Below, in pieces: positions 53,093-62,549 of a stretch of DNA of 64,000 nt. The DNA is from a virus, in IMG/VR virus record IMGVR_UViG_3300028024_000105, positions 1 through 64,000 of that record; one strand, given 5' to 3'. The position numbers were made by a program, and so were the translations under genes. Within the stretch, counting starts at the first letter, position 1. Each line of letters opens with the position of its first letter. The notes beneath the pieces are model-generated. The model was not told the origin of the DNA. It saw only the letters and a program-made list of their open reading frames with translations, and searched no databases.

Positions 53093-53761
53093 ATGAGGTA
53101 TCTGCTCGCGCTGCTGCCCCTGCTGATGCAGGACTGGGGCCATCAGGAACGCAGCGGCCTGGACACGGGGGACCTGGCGGCGGCTCTCGAGGAAGCCGAC
53201 AAGGAAGTGGTCGAGGTTCAAAAAGAGGCTCGAGAGCTTCGCATCGAGAACAGAGCGACGTTCGAGCAGCTCGAGATCCTCGTCGCCGAGAACGGCACCC
53301 TGAAATGGGAGCTGGAGCGCGCTGGTAGGCATCGGGTGATCAACGCCCTCGAGCGAGTGCTGCTTCAGAGGCTGATGGAGCCCGTGGATCGGTGGCTCGC
53401 GGCCCCCATGATCTCGAATGAGCCGCTACCCCTAGTCAAAGAGGGCCAGCGCTGGTACGTGCTGGTCATCCAACCACGGAACGCCCTTCGTTCCGGTCCT
53501 CTGTGGGTGAAGTTCTATCTCGACGCGGCGGAAACCGACGCCCGGTGGTACGCCGAACGTGAATCCCAGTTCATGGCGATGTCCATCCACGCGAAGAGCA
53601 AGCGTCGCGGGCTGATCGACGTCCTCGAGCGCCACCTGGTCCTGTCTCTCGGCGACCCAGAGGCCGTCGAGACCATGATCGACGGCACGCCGCATCTGTA
53701 TCGACTCGTGACCAAGGACAGCGACGTCGACAAGCTGCGGAAAGAAGACCTGATCTACTGA
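53093..53761 (+). CDS. Hypothetical exported/coiled-coil protein (leaderless)
   Basis: ATG 5 nt after CGTCCTAC; short hydrophobic N-terminus. Confidence 0.6.
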   Translation: MRYLLALLPLLMQDWGHQERSGLDTGDLAAALEEADKEVVEVQKEARELRIENRATFEQLEILVAENGTLKWELERAGRHRVINALERVLLQRLMEPVDRWLAAPMISNEPLPLVKEGQRWYVLVIQPRNALRSGPLWVKFYLDAAETDARWYAERESQFMAMSIHAKSKRRGLIDVLERHLVLSLGDPEAVETMIDGTPHLYRLVTKDSDVDKLRKEDLIY

Positions 53762-53891
53762 TGCCTCCACGCCGCCGCAAGACACCGCGCCGGAAGCGGC
53801 AGCACTGGGTGACCGGGTCCGCAATGAACATCGACCGACGGCAGCGCGCTCCGCGCCGCCTGAATGAAATCGACGGAAGACAGAGGTAGTT

Positions 53892-54512
53892 ATGAGTCAC
53901 GCCTGGTTCGTCGGCGCCCACGGTGTCGAAGGTGTCTTCGAGGCCATGGACATCATGAAGTGCGATCCCGCCGAGTGCGACGACGAGGGCAAGGATCGCT
54001 GGGTTGAGTTCCTCAAGAAGAATGGCCGCTGGGATGATGCCAAGTGCTCGGCGGAAAAGACGGACTCGGTGTTTCTCGACGGTGGCGGCATGGTCATGAT
54101 CAAAGAGGCCAAGGTCGCGTGGGAGGCCAACGGCTGCAAGTTCGAGACATACGCCCGGCAGATCCCGATCCTACTGGGCACGTTCAAGCGGATTCTCGGG
54201 CGCCCGGTGCCCGAGTTCCCGAGCTGCACAGGCTTCGGAGGGTTCTGCCGGAAATATTTCTTCTCCCTGAAGACCGTCACAGACTCCATCCCGATCCTGG
54301 AACGGCTCGCCGTCGAGACGGACGAAGATCGTCTGAAGACCGAGGGCGAGCTGCAGGACGCGCTGAACCGCACGCCGAACGCGACGAGCGTCCGGACATG
54401 CAGTTGCGATTCCGGACGCCAGTACGCCGACTGCTGCGGCAAGGGCACGGAGTCGCCGGAGCAGAACTCGCTTCGGCGCGGCATCACGATGAATCAGGTG
54501 GAGAAGAACTAG
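53892..54512 (+). CDS. SEC-C motif protein
   Basis: CSCDSGRQYADCCG. Confidence 0.65.
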   Translation: MSHAWFVGAHGVEGVFEAMDIMKCDPAECDDEGKDRWVEFLKKNGRWDDAKCSAEKTDSVFLDGGGMVMIKEAKVAWEANGCKFETYARQIPILLGTFKRILGRPVPEFPSCTGFGGFCRKYFFSLKTVTDSIPILERLAVETDEDRLKTEGELQDALNRTPNATSVRTCSCDSGRQYADCCGKGTESPEQNSLRRGITMNQVEKN

Positions 54513-54883
54513 TGAACGACGCGCAGCAGCTCCTCTCCGATCTCGCAGCCAGTCCGTGCGTGTGCTCGGGTCACGCGGCTCTATGCTTCCCGTGTCGAGC
54601 GCGCGCCGCAGGCATGCCGCTGCGGCCGAGCGTGACCGACATGTACCACAAGGTCGCCCAGCTTCGCGTCCAGCAGAAGCTGAAGGAGCGCCTGGAGAAG
54701 CGGGGCAAGCACGCGTTCATCTCCACGCATGAAATCTACGGCATCGTCGCCGAGGAGTTCAAGGAGCTGGGCGACGCGCTGCAGGCCAACGACCGGGAGG
54801 CGTTCGTGTCGGAACTGGTCGACATCTGTGTCGGCGCCCTGCACGGGATCGCCAGTCACTACTCGGGGGCCCTGGAGTGGTGA
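54512..54883 (+). CDS. MazG-like helical protein
   Basis: S.HE.YG..AEEF.EL...EL.DI. Confidence 0.55.
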   Translation: MNDAQQLLSDLAASPCVCSGHAALCFPCRARAAGMPLRPSVTDMYHKVAQLRVQQKLKERLEKRGKHAFISTHEIYGIVAEEFKELGDALQANDREAFVSELVDICVGALHGIASHYSGALEW

Positions 54884-55098
54884 GACGGATACCTCCGGCC
54901 GCCTTCGACATCATCCGGTGCCCGTCTTGCGGCTGCATGGTCGACTTCACGTTCGCCCTGCGCCCGTGCGCGGACTGCGACAAGAAGCTCTGCCACAACT
55001 GTGCGTATCGGACCAACGACATCGCGGATAAGTCCCGCTGCAAGAAATGCTTCCGTAAACGAATTGCGGTAACGAATCCCGTTAAGCGTCGTCCTTGA
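54877..55098 (+). CDS. Small Cys-rich Zn-finger protein
   Basis: Four CxxC motifs. Confidence 0.55.
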   Translation: MVRRIPPAAFDIIRCPSCGCMVDFTFALRPCADCDKKLCHNCAYRTNDIADKSRCKKCFRKRIAVTNPVKRRP

Positions 55099-55123
55099 CA
55101 CCATCTAAGGGAGGGGGCATTCT
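55095..55123 (+). promoter_or_regulatory. Sigma-70-type promoter upstream of the lipoprotein-integrase operon
   Basis: TTGACA-N17-CATTCT. Confidence 0.6.
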
Positions 55124-55150
55124 TAGGTAGTGTCAAAGAGGGTCACAGCC

Positions 55151-55510
55151 ATGAAGCGTGCTCTGTTGATTCTGTGCCTGGCCGGATGCGTGCCCCAGCC
55201 CGCCGAGCTGCCGCAGGAAGCTCCCACGATCCGCGCGTCTCACCCCGAGTGGAGCGCGAAGGTCTGCGAGGCTGTCGAGCGCGGCCTGATGTGGGAGGGG
55301 ATGAACATCGACCAGTTCCAGTGCTCGGCCCTGTACGGACAGGGCAACGCTCTGGTCTATCCCGACGGCCCCCATCACCATCGGGCCGCCGACACCGCGA
55401 GCGAATCCAAGAACGGCTACATGCTTAGGTACGAGAAGTCGTACGTCTGGATCACCGGCTTCTTCGACAAGGGCGGCATGATGGTCGACTACCGGAAGAC
55501 GGCTCGCTGA
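55151..55510 (+). CDS. Predicted lipoprotein (possible superinfection exclusion)
   Basis: MKR..LAGC lipobox; directly upstream of integrase. Confidence 0.65.
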   Translation: MKRALLILCLAGCVPQPAELPQEAPTIRASHPEWSAKVCEAVERGLMWEGMNIDQFQCSALYGQGNALVYPDGPHHHRAADTASESKNGYMLRYEKSYVWITGFFDKGGMMVDYRKTAR

Positions 55511-56601
55511 TGGGCTACGTCTACCGGCGCGTCTGGCCGAGTGGCAAGGTCCGTTTCATCATCGCCTACACCGACGTCGACGGCCGCACCAAGCGCCGAG
55601 TGACGAAGGCCGAGTCGAAGCTGGTGGCCAAGCGTCTGCTGTCGGCCGCCGAGAACGACGTCGAGCGCGCGAAGCTGCAGGGCATGCAGTCCCGAGACAC
55701 CATCGTGACCCGGCCCGAGGTCGTGACGTTCCGCGCCGCAACGGCCGAGTACGTGAAGCACCACGCGTCTAAGCTGAAGGCGAGCACCAAGGACTCGTAC
55801 GAGCTGATCCTGGAGAAGCACCTTCTGCCCTCGTTCGGCTCCAGCGCGCTCCGCGACATCACCATCCGCGACGTCGAGAGGTACATGACGGCGCGCCTGG
55901 GCGCCGACAACGGGGACGGTGGGAAGATCCAGCCCGCCACCGTCCGCAACGAAGTCCACTGCCTGTCGAGCGTGTTCCGGTACGCCGTCCGCTCGGCCAT
56001 GGTCCAGCACAATCCCGTCCGAGATTCCCAGAAGCCGAGGACCGAGCAGAAGATCCTGCGCTTCCTGGACCCGGCCGAGGAGAAGGAGATCCTCTCGCGC
56101 GCGTACTCGCCCCTGCGCGAGGCCATCGTGACCGCCATCCACTCCGGCATGCGCGAGGGGGAACAGGCCGCGCTGCTCTGGTCTGACGTCCGCATGGACG
56201 AACGCAAGATCATCGTCCGGCACACCAAGAACGGCCGGGACCGGGCCATCGACATGAGCGACACGCTGTACGAGACGCTCAAGAGCCTGATCCGGTACAC
56301 CGACTGCCCGTACGTCTTCGTGAACCCGCGCGCGCACGAGCGGTACGAGCGGTTCAACAACACGGCCTGGAGGAAGGTCTTGCGGGACGCCGACGTGAAG
56401 AGCCTGCGCTGGCACGATCTTCGGCACACGTTCTGCTCGCGGCTCGCGCAGCGCGGCGTCCACCCCAAGACGATCATGGAGCTGTCCGGCCACAGCAGCC
56501 TGAGCCAAGTGGAGCGGTATGCCCACATGACGCCGGACCATCGGGCGGCGGCCGTCAAGGTCCTGGACCAGAAGCCCAAGAGGAAGGCCAAGGCGCAGTG
56601 A
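55510..56601 (+). CDS. int: Tyrosine integrase with N-terminal arm-binding domain
   Basis: SGMREGE, TKNG, HDLRHT, SGHSS, RY catalytic Tyr. Confidence 0.93.
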   Translation: MGYVYRRVWPSGKVRFIIAYTDVDGRTKRRVTKAESKLVAKRLLSAAENDVERAKLQGMQSRDTIVTRPEVVTFRAATAEYVKHHASKLKASTKDSYELILEKHLLPSFGSSALRDITIRDVERYMTARLGADNGDGGKIQPATVRNEVHCLSSVFRYAVRSAMVQHNPVRDSQKPRTEQKILRFLDPAEEKEILSRAYSPLREAIVTAIHSGMREGEQAALLWSDVRMDERKIIVRHTKNGRDRAIDMSDTLYETLKSLIRYTDCPYVFVNPRAHERYERFNNTAWRKVLRDADVKSLRWHDLRHTFCSRLAQRGVHPKTIMELSGHSSLSQVERYAHMTPDHRAAAVKVLDQKPKRKAKAQ

Positions 56602-56792
56602 TGGACCGAGTCGACACCTGGCTTGTGCTTCTCGTGGGCCTGCTGCTCTTCGAGATCCTAGCGGTCCCACCCAACGATCAATCATGGAACTCGGATCGCG
56701 TCATCATCGGGATTGTCATCCTGGGGATGACCATGCTCTGCGCGCTGATGCGGTGGTGGGCGTGGCGCGAAAGAAAGCGCAGGGTACCATGA
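56598..56792 (+). CDS. Small 2-TM membrane protein
   Basis: Two hydrophobic helices. Confidence 0.5.
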   Translation: MMDRVDTWLVLLVGLLLFEILAVPPNDQSWNSDRVIIGIVILGMTMLCALMRWWAWRERKRRVP

Positions 56793-56959
56793 AGAGGCTG
56801 AAGAATCGGACCTGTCCCTACCACTGCAGGTTCTGCGGTGCCCGGCTACGCCGGGACACGAACGGCCACTATTGCCCATCCCGCAACTGCCAGTGGTCTC
56901 TGAACGGCTCCGGCTGTCCGTGCACGTGCACCTAAGATCCCGTCTCGGTCCAAGAGGAC

Positions 56960-57376
56960 ATGAGCGGTCACATCCTTGGCGACATCTCTTCCCAGAAACT
57001 CCCCGAGCGATTCAGCGCGAGCTACTTCTTCGAGCGCGACTGTTGGATCGACTGCCGGGTTCCTGAGATGATCACCATCGACCCCACGGCCGAGATCGGC
57101 TGGGAGGTCAAGATGGTCTGCATGTCGCACGACATCAACCCCGGTATGTTCGGCCGCCTGGTCGGACGCCCCATCAAGATCGGCGCAAAAGCCTTCATCG
57201 CGGGGTTCGCGCTGTTGTACAATTGCGAGATCGGCGAAGGTGCCGTCGTCGCCGTGGGCTCGGTGGTGAGAAGCCAGAAGGTCGAGCCCTGGACGGTTGT
57301 GGCCGGGAATCCGGCCGTGCCCGTGAAGCGCTACGACTGGGGCCTGAAGAAGTGGGTCCCGATCCCGCCCCCGTAG
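56960..57376 (+). CDS. Hexapeptide-repeat O-acetyltransferase (leaderless)
   Basis: PIKIG..AFI, IGEGAVVAVGSVV, VAGNPA. Confidence 0.85.
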   Translation: MSGHILGDISSQKLPERFSASYFFERDCWIDCRVPEMITIDPTAEIGWEVKMVCMSHDINPGMFGRLVGRPIKIGAKAFIAGFALLYNCEIGEGAVVAVGSVVRSQKVEPWTVVAGNPAVPVKRYDWGLKKWVPIPPP

Positions 57377-57443
57377 GTCAATTGGATAGACCATCCGGTT
57401 TCTACCCGGATAGTTGCAGGTTCGAGTCCTGCCGGGGGTACCA
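57367..57443 (+). tRNA. tRNA-Arg(TCT)
   Basis: GCCCCCG/CGGGGGT, D arm GGTC/GACC, TCCGG-TTTCTAC-CCGGA, GCAGG-TTCGAGT-CCTGC, ACCA. Confidence 0.95.
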
Positions 57444-57992
57444 TCAGCTCCTGGGCAGGACCTTCCAATGTGAGAACGGCGGCAGCTCCGCGTCGTCCGG
57501 CACGATCACACCGTAGGCCGCGACCGGCCGGGGCATCGAGTAGTCCGGCACGATCACTCGGCCGTAATGCTGCAGCTCGGCGGGCTTCGTGAGGTTCTGC
57601 CCCAGCGACCCGGGCATGTCGAGGTTGTTCACGAACACGATGGCTTCGGGCCAGCGCTGCTTGACGATCTCCATCTGCTGGTGGAGCAGACGATCCGCCA
57701 CCCACACGGTATCCATGTAGAACATCGAGGGGCGCGGAGGGTCGATCCTGCGCAGCCACTCCACGGCGTTGGCGGTCTCGAGATGGATGCGCGGGTACCT
57801 CTGCTGTCCGATCTTCACCGCCTGGTCGTTCAGATCGCAGCCCAAGCCGAAGCTGTCTGGCACGAACTGTGAGAAGTAGCCGACCGTCTCGCCTTCGAGG
57901 ACGCCGCACTCGACCCAGCTCTTGATGCCGAACCGGCCGATCAGCCAACCGGCGAGGCACATGCGATGGAAATTTTCTTGATGCGTGGCCAT
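57444..57992 (-). CDS. Class I SAM-dependent methyltransferase-like protein
   Basis: VECGV..GET, GCD, ANAVEWL, FYMD. Confidence 0.6.
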   Translation of the reverse strand: MATHQENFHRMCLAGWLIGRFGIKSWVECGVLEGETVGYFSQFVPDSFGLGCDLNDQAVKIGQQRYPRIHLETANAVEWLRRIDPPRPSMFYMDTVWVADRLLHQQMEIVKQRWPEAIVFVNNLDMPGSLGQNLTKPAELQHYGRVIVPDYSMPRPVAAYGVIVPDDAELPPFSHWKVLPRS

Positions 57993-58000
57993 TTTTGCCT

Positions 58001-58891
58001 TCAACTGTAGGATGGGAGCTTGCACAGATCCTTGCACATCTGGTTCAGGTCACCGGCAAGGTGGCGCCGCCGAGCGGCCCGGTACTTCTCTCCGTTCCAG
58101 ACTTCGGCCAGCGTGTTCTCGTGGATGTTGCCCATGACCATCGCCGCGTTGTAGTCGTAGCAGCACGTGACGACGTCTCCGTTGGGGTTGACGTACACGG
58201 TCTCCCAGAACTCGCGACATCCCAGCTTGTCGGCCTTCAGGACCGGCGTGCCTTCCGCATCGAAAGAGTAGCGGTGGTAGCTCTTGTTCTTCGGCAGCAT
58301 CTCTCGCTGGGCCCGCTCGTCGACCAAGTACGGAGGCTTGAAGCCGATGCGGATGCCGAGGGAGTCGGCCATCGCCTGGGCAGCAGGCATCTGGTGTTCG
58401 TTGTGGGCGAAGACGATGAAGGTCCAGATCGTCTTCTTGGGCGCGAGCTTGGCCAGCAACCGCAGGCCGTTCATCGCCTTCTCGATGTCGCCGCGCACCC
58501 GGTACTTCTCGTAGGTGGCCTGATCCATGCCGTCGATGGAGACCGCGATGTCGTCGCAGAGCGCGATGTCCTGGGCCAGCTCTTCGGTCACGAACATGCC
58601 GTGCGTAGTGAACTGCACGGCCGAGAACTCCTTCACCTTCCGGATGATCTGCCCGATCTCCTTGTGGAGCGTCGGCTCGCCCCAGTTGTGGACGTAGGTG
58701 TAGCGCACCGAGTCCTTGGCTTCGCGGCAGACCTTGTCGACCAGATCCATCGGCATGAAGGGGACCTTGGTGGTCTTGGCGCGCGTGACCTGGCCCGCGC
58801 CCGTGCGGCACGAGGGGCAGCGCAGGTTGCAGACGGACACGGTCTCCAGCACGAGCTGGCGCGGGGCCGGGGCGACTTCCGAGTATTCCAT
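58001..58891 (-). CDS. Radical SAM protein with SPASM/twitch domain (leaderless)
   Basis: CNLRCPSC, WGEPTL, SIDG, C...W...NPNGDV..CC.D, CKDLC; ATG 5 nt after GTCCAAG. Confidence 0.9.
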   Translation of the reverse strand: MEYSEVAPAPRQLVLETVSVCNLRCPSCRTGAGQVTRAKTTKVPFMPMDLVDKVCREAKDSVRYTYVHNWGEPTLHKEIGQIIRKVKEFSAVQFTTHGMFVTEELAQDIALCDDIAVSIDGMDQATYEKYRVRGDIEKAMNGLRLLAKLAPKKTIWTFIVFAHNEHQMPAAQAMADSLGIRIGFKPPYLVDERAQREMLPKNKSYHRYSFDAEGTPVLKADKLGCREFWETVYVNPNGDVVTCCYDYNAAMVMGNIHENTLAEVWNGEKYRAARRRHLAGDLNQMCKDLCKLPSYS

Positions 58892-58927
58892 ACCACCTTG
58901 GACCCTGCGCCGCTCGGCGGCGCGAAT

Positions 58928-59166
58928 CACTACACCCAGCACTACACCTGGAATCGCGGTTGATGGAGCCGCGCGAAACACTTAGGGAATCAGTGCATTG
59001 TGGGCGACAACGTCGTCAAGCACTCAATTTCTAATCTTGGCCGACGCCCAGTGTATCGCGTTTTGATCTGTCTTTTCCCAGTGGACGGATGGTACATGGT
59101 GGGTCGCTGTGGGTCCTGAAAGGACGCATTCACTACACCCAGCACTACACCCAGCACTACACCTGG
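58928..59166. repeat. Probable attP: 2 + 3 direct 12-bp arm-type repeats CACTACACCYRG
   Basis: Copies at 58928, 58940, 59131, 59143, 59155 flank about 180 bp of non-coding DNA. Confidence 0.7.
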
Positions 59167-59179
59167 GCGTCTTTGTAGG

Positions 59180-59386
59180 TCACGGCCTTGCTCCGTATTC
59201 GATCTCCGCGCCGTCCTTCTTCAGCCGAGCCACGAGCGCGTCGGCATCTTTCTTCGACAGGTGCGAGTGGATCTCGTAGACCACGACGGTGATCTTCTTC
59301 GAGGACGCCTGATTCTCTTCTTCTGGAATGCTGATGCCGAGATTGTAGGTGCCGCGCCCGTCGTACAGGTAGGCAACGCTCTTCAT
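59180..59386 (-). CDS. Hypothetical protein
   Basis: ATGA overlap with upstream gene. Confidence 0.5.
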   Translation of the reverse strand: MKSVAYLYDGRGTYNLGISIPEEENQASSKKITVVVYEIHSHLSKKDADALVARLKKDGAEIEYGARP

Positions 59387-59797
59387 TTGTGCACCTGCAT
59401 CATGAGGTTGTACCGCTCGATGTCCTTGGCTTTCTTGATACTCCAGTTCCGGCCGTACGCCAGAGCAAGGACCCGTTCGCGCTCCTTCAACGACATCCAG
59501 AACCAGACCGCGTTCGTGTTGACTTCGCGCTGCGCCGTCACAAGGATCTCGTCGAACTTCTTCCCGAAGTCGGTACGACGTTTGGAACCGTAAGTGCTCA
59601 CGCTCCCACCGCCTTCTTCGTCTTCTTCCACCACACCTTCAGCCTGGTCTCGTGGCGCCTGCCGTCGCCGTGCTCCCAGCCCGGGATCTCGTCGCTGCAG
59701 AGCCCGGTGTGGCCCGTCTTGCGGCTGCACTGGAGCGAGTTGCCCGCTTCGCCTGGTAGGCCGCCGACCCTGATCTCGGCGTAGCTGCCGCAGCGGG

Positions 59798-60235
59798 TCA
59801 TTTCTCGTTCTCCTCGAGCGGCAGCAAGCCCGAAGACATCTGCTCGGGCGTGACTCCGTAGGCTGCGTCGGCGTTGAAGCCGCAGCCCTTCATGATCCCC
59901 GGGTTGGTTGGACGCTCGATCTCCGGCGTGGCGTAGAAGGGGTAGCCGCTGCACATCTTCGGCTTGTCGGCCTGGATCGTGCAGCCCTGCTTGCCGTCGG
60001 CCATCACTCCGAGCATCTTGCACGGGCCGTAGTAGAACCTCATGCCGTAGCCGACGTCGCGTTTGCCGAGGCATCGACCCTCGAGCATCGGGAACAGCAT
60101 CCAGATATCTTGCATGATCGTGATTCCCGGCGCTTGGTCGCGCCAAGCGCGGAAGTTGTCTCTCAGCTCGCGCGGACTCGGCGGGATGTGAAGGACCTTG
60201 CAGCACATTCCGCTGCGCTGGCATCCGATGCTCAC
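59798..60235 (-). CDS. YkgJ-like Cys-cluster (Fe-S/Zn) protein
   Basis: CQRSGMCC...C...C.I...KP..C..YPF. Confidence 0.75.
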   Translation of the reverse strand: MSIGCQRSGMCCKVLHIPPSPRELRDNFRAWRDQAPGITIMQDIWMLFPMLEGRCLGKRDVGYGMRFYYGPCKMLGVMADGKQGCTIQADKPKMCSGYPFYATPEIERPTNPGIMKGCGFNADAAYGVTPEQMSSGLLPLEENEK

Positions 60236-60444
60236 GACCTACTCCTTCTTTGCCGGACTCTGCGCCCATCCGCAGCGCGGGCAATACTGGCGGCCGTTGT
60301 CCCAGTCCGCCCCTTCGACCTTGATGTCGGACTGGCGGATCGCGGACTTGTCGAGGCTGCGGCAGGTGTCGGACGCGTCGATGAAGACGTTGATCTTCAT
60401 CCGCAGCTTGCGCTCGCCGCACCTGGGACACCTGGGCTGCACGA

Positions 60445-61038
60445 TCATGGATTGTCCAGCTTGTCGTACTTGTTCCACGCGACCCATCCGGTCTTCGCGT
60501 AGAAGCCCCAGATCCTCCGCACCGGCCCGCAGATGACGAGCGTCCAGACCGGGCTGCGGCTCACCCACTTGATGGTGTGGCTGTCCTCCGCGCGCTTCCA
60601 GTTGAACCAGCGCCTGCGCTCGGGCTCGGGATCGCCGATGAACGGGCAGGACTGGTGCCCGCAGTGATGCGGCACGTCCTCGACATAGTGGCCGCGCAGG
60701 ATGATCGACAGGAAGCTCCACGGGTGATCGTGGAGATCCCGCTGCTGGTCCGGCCGGAAGATCCGGTGGAACTTGACGGAGAACCACGGCGTCGTGATCA
60801 GCGACACCCGGTCGATGTAGACCGTCTTGCCGTCGCTGATCTTCGTCCGGTTCATGAGGCCCCAGCGGCGGCCCTGCCGCTCGGTCTCCAGAGTGAGTTC
60901 GTCGCCTTCGAGCGGACTGCGCGTCACGCTCGCTTTCTGGTATTGGGACAACAGTGTGATCAGAAACGCGATGAGGGTGCCGACGACGACGAATCCTACG
61001 CCGAACGCGCGGGGGTCAATGTCGTAGATACTGAACAT
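60445..61038 (-). CDS. Membrane-anchored cupin-like phage protein
   Basis: TM helix then LHDHPW.F.S.IL.G.Y.E...WTL...G...WGF. Confidence 0.7.
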   Translation of the reverse strand: MFSIYDIDPRAFGVGFVVVGTLIAFLITLLSQYQKASVTRSPLEGDELTLETERQGRRWGLMNRTKISDGKTVYIDRVSLITTPWFSVKFHRIFRPDQQRDLHDHPWSFLSIILRGHYVEDVPHHCGHQSCPFIGDPEPERRRWFNWKRAEDSHTIKWVSRSPVWTLVICGPVRRIWGFYAKTGWVAWNKYDKLDNP

Positions 61039-61041
61039 GCT

Positions 61042-61272
61042 CTACTCCTGTGTCCTCAACCACTCCAGCAGGTCGGGCTTGCGGAACATCACGCGGCGCC
61101 GACCGATGCGGACCTTGATCTCGAGAAGTGCGGCACCCAGCGGATCAGTGATTCCGCTCTTGGCGCGCTTCATGGTCTGGCGGACTGCGGCGGGAGAGCG
61201 GCCGACGTACCTGGCGACTTCGTCGACGGTGATCAGGGGTGCGTCAGCCGGGCTCGTACGCTCTTGTCCCAT
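61042..61272 (-). CDS. Excisionase-like HTH protein
   Basis: LITVDEVARYVG.S...VR...IGRRRVMFR..DL.EWL. Confidence 0.7.
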   Translation of the reverse strand: MGQERTSPADAPLITVDEVARYVGRSPAAVRQTMKRAKSGITDPLGAALLEIKVRIGRRRVMFRKPDLLEWLRTQE

Positions 61273-61672
61273 GCTCCGTCAGACGCGCGGTCGCAGGAAT
61301 TATCGACGCCTGGTGCGGATCAACGTCTTGGTTCGACCCTGCTTCTTGCAGTCGACGCAGGCGAAGCCCACGAGGACGTAGTCGAACGGCTTGGGCTGAT
61401 GTGTGGTGACGAGGAAGTGACAGCAGGAGAAAGGGTGATCGGGATTGCAGCGGTGACGTTCTGGGATCAGCACGAGTAGCGCCACGCTCGCGCGGCACCC
61501 GTCCACTCGAAGCCCATCTTCTCCATCGTCATGCGGTCCGGCAGCGAGAGCCGGTCCGGCCGGATGTCCGTGCCGATGTAGACGCTGTCGTCGGCGACGA
61601 AGAGACCGAGATCCTGGGAGACGGGGATGTACTTCTGCAGGAGCTGCAGGGCCTGGAGGAAATGGCGGCCTT

Positions 61673-61837
61673 TCATTCGTCGCTCGCTTTCTCTTTGCGC
61701 TTCTCGGTGTTGTGGGTCCGGTCGTCGCGACACCATCCGCAGGAGCCGCCGGTCCGACAGGCCCGGCAGAACCGCCCGGCCCGCCGGTACGGTTTCCGCT
61801 TGTCCTTCCGCTTGGGGTAATTCTTGTCGAAGCTCAC
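61673..61837 (-). CDS. Small basic Cys-rich protein
   Basis: GTG 5 nt after GTCCAAG; CR.GGSC.WC..R.H. Confidence 0.55.
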   Translation of the reverse strand: MSFDKNYPKRKDKRKPYRRAGRFCRACRTGGSCGWCRDDRTHNTEKRKEKASDE

Positions 61838-62241
61838 GTCGTCTTGGACTCGGTGTCGATGCGCCAGATGGTCTGGATGCCGCCCGAGCCCGGCTTGGTG
61901 ATGTCCACCTGGCTGGACCGCACGTGCATGTGGGTCTGGACCGGGAAGTACATGCTCCCGATCTTGCCCTTGCGCGCGGCTGCGTAGAGCAGGCCCTGGG
62001 GGCTGTACTCCACGTGCAGCGCGACTTCCGGCGTGACGGCGGGCTCGGCTGCCCGCATGATGGTCTCGAGGCTGCTCGTCAGCTCGGCCGCGAAGGCGTC
62101 GAGCTGCCCCTCGGTCAGAAGCGGCTTGATCGCGCAGAACGATGCGCGGTAGTAGCTCCCCGCCGAATCCGAGATGTCCTGCTTCGCATTCTTGAGGACG
62201 TCTCGCCACCACGCAACGGCCGCGCTGATCGCATCGTTCAT
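61834..62241 (-). CDS. Hypothetical protein
   Basis: GGAGAGG SD; AV.WW...L.VEY.P...L..AA...FP..T.M. Confidence 0.6.
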   Translation of the reverse strand: MNDAISAAVAWWRDVLKNAKQDISDSAGSYYRASFCAIKPLLTEGQLDAFAAELTSSLETIMRAAEPAVTPEVALHVEYSPQGLLYAAARKGKIGSMYFPVQTHMHVRSSQVDITKPGSGGIQTIWRIDTESKTT

Positions 62242-62363
62242 CGCTCTTTCCTCTCCAAAAGATGAATGATCAGGGCAGCGAGAGCGATGCCCGTTGCGAG
62301 CACTAGCCAGAGTTCAAAGCCCAAACGGGCCAATAGCTCCGGCAGGGGAACTGCCCTGACCAT
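62238..62363 (-). CDS. 41-aa single-TM peptide (leaderless)
   Basis: ATG 5 nt after CGTCCTAC; stop overlaps next ATG. Confidence 0.5.
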   Translation of the reverse strand: MVRAVPLPELLARLGFELWLVLATGIALAALIIHLLERKER

Positions 62364-62549
62364 GTTCCGTAGGACGTGTTCACGAATGATTTCTGAAACG
62401 ATTGCCCATTACCAACCGTCTATGCATTGGGAGCAGTGCGACCGGGAGAGCAGTTAGGAGTACCGAGCGGCTATCGAGCAAAGCCGTTATGAGGTTGCTT
62501 CCCGGGCGCGAGCTGCTATACTCTCGGAGGGGTAATAGGAGACCGTACC

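Noticed and set aside
58928-59166. CRISPR mini-array
   Set aside because: 12-bp abutting units; the 2+3 layout fits integrase arm sites better
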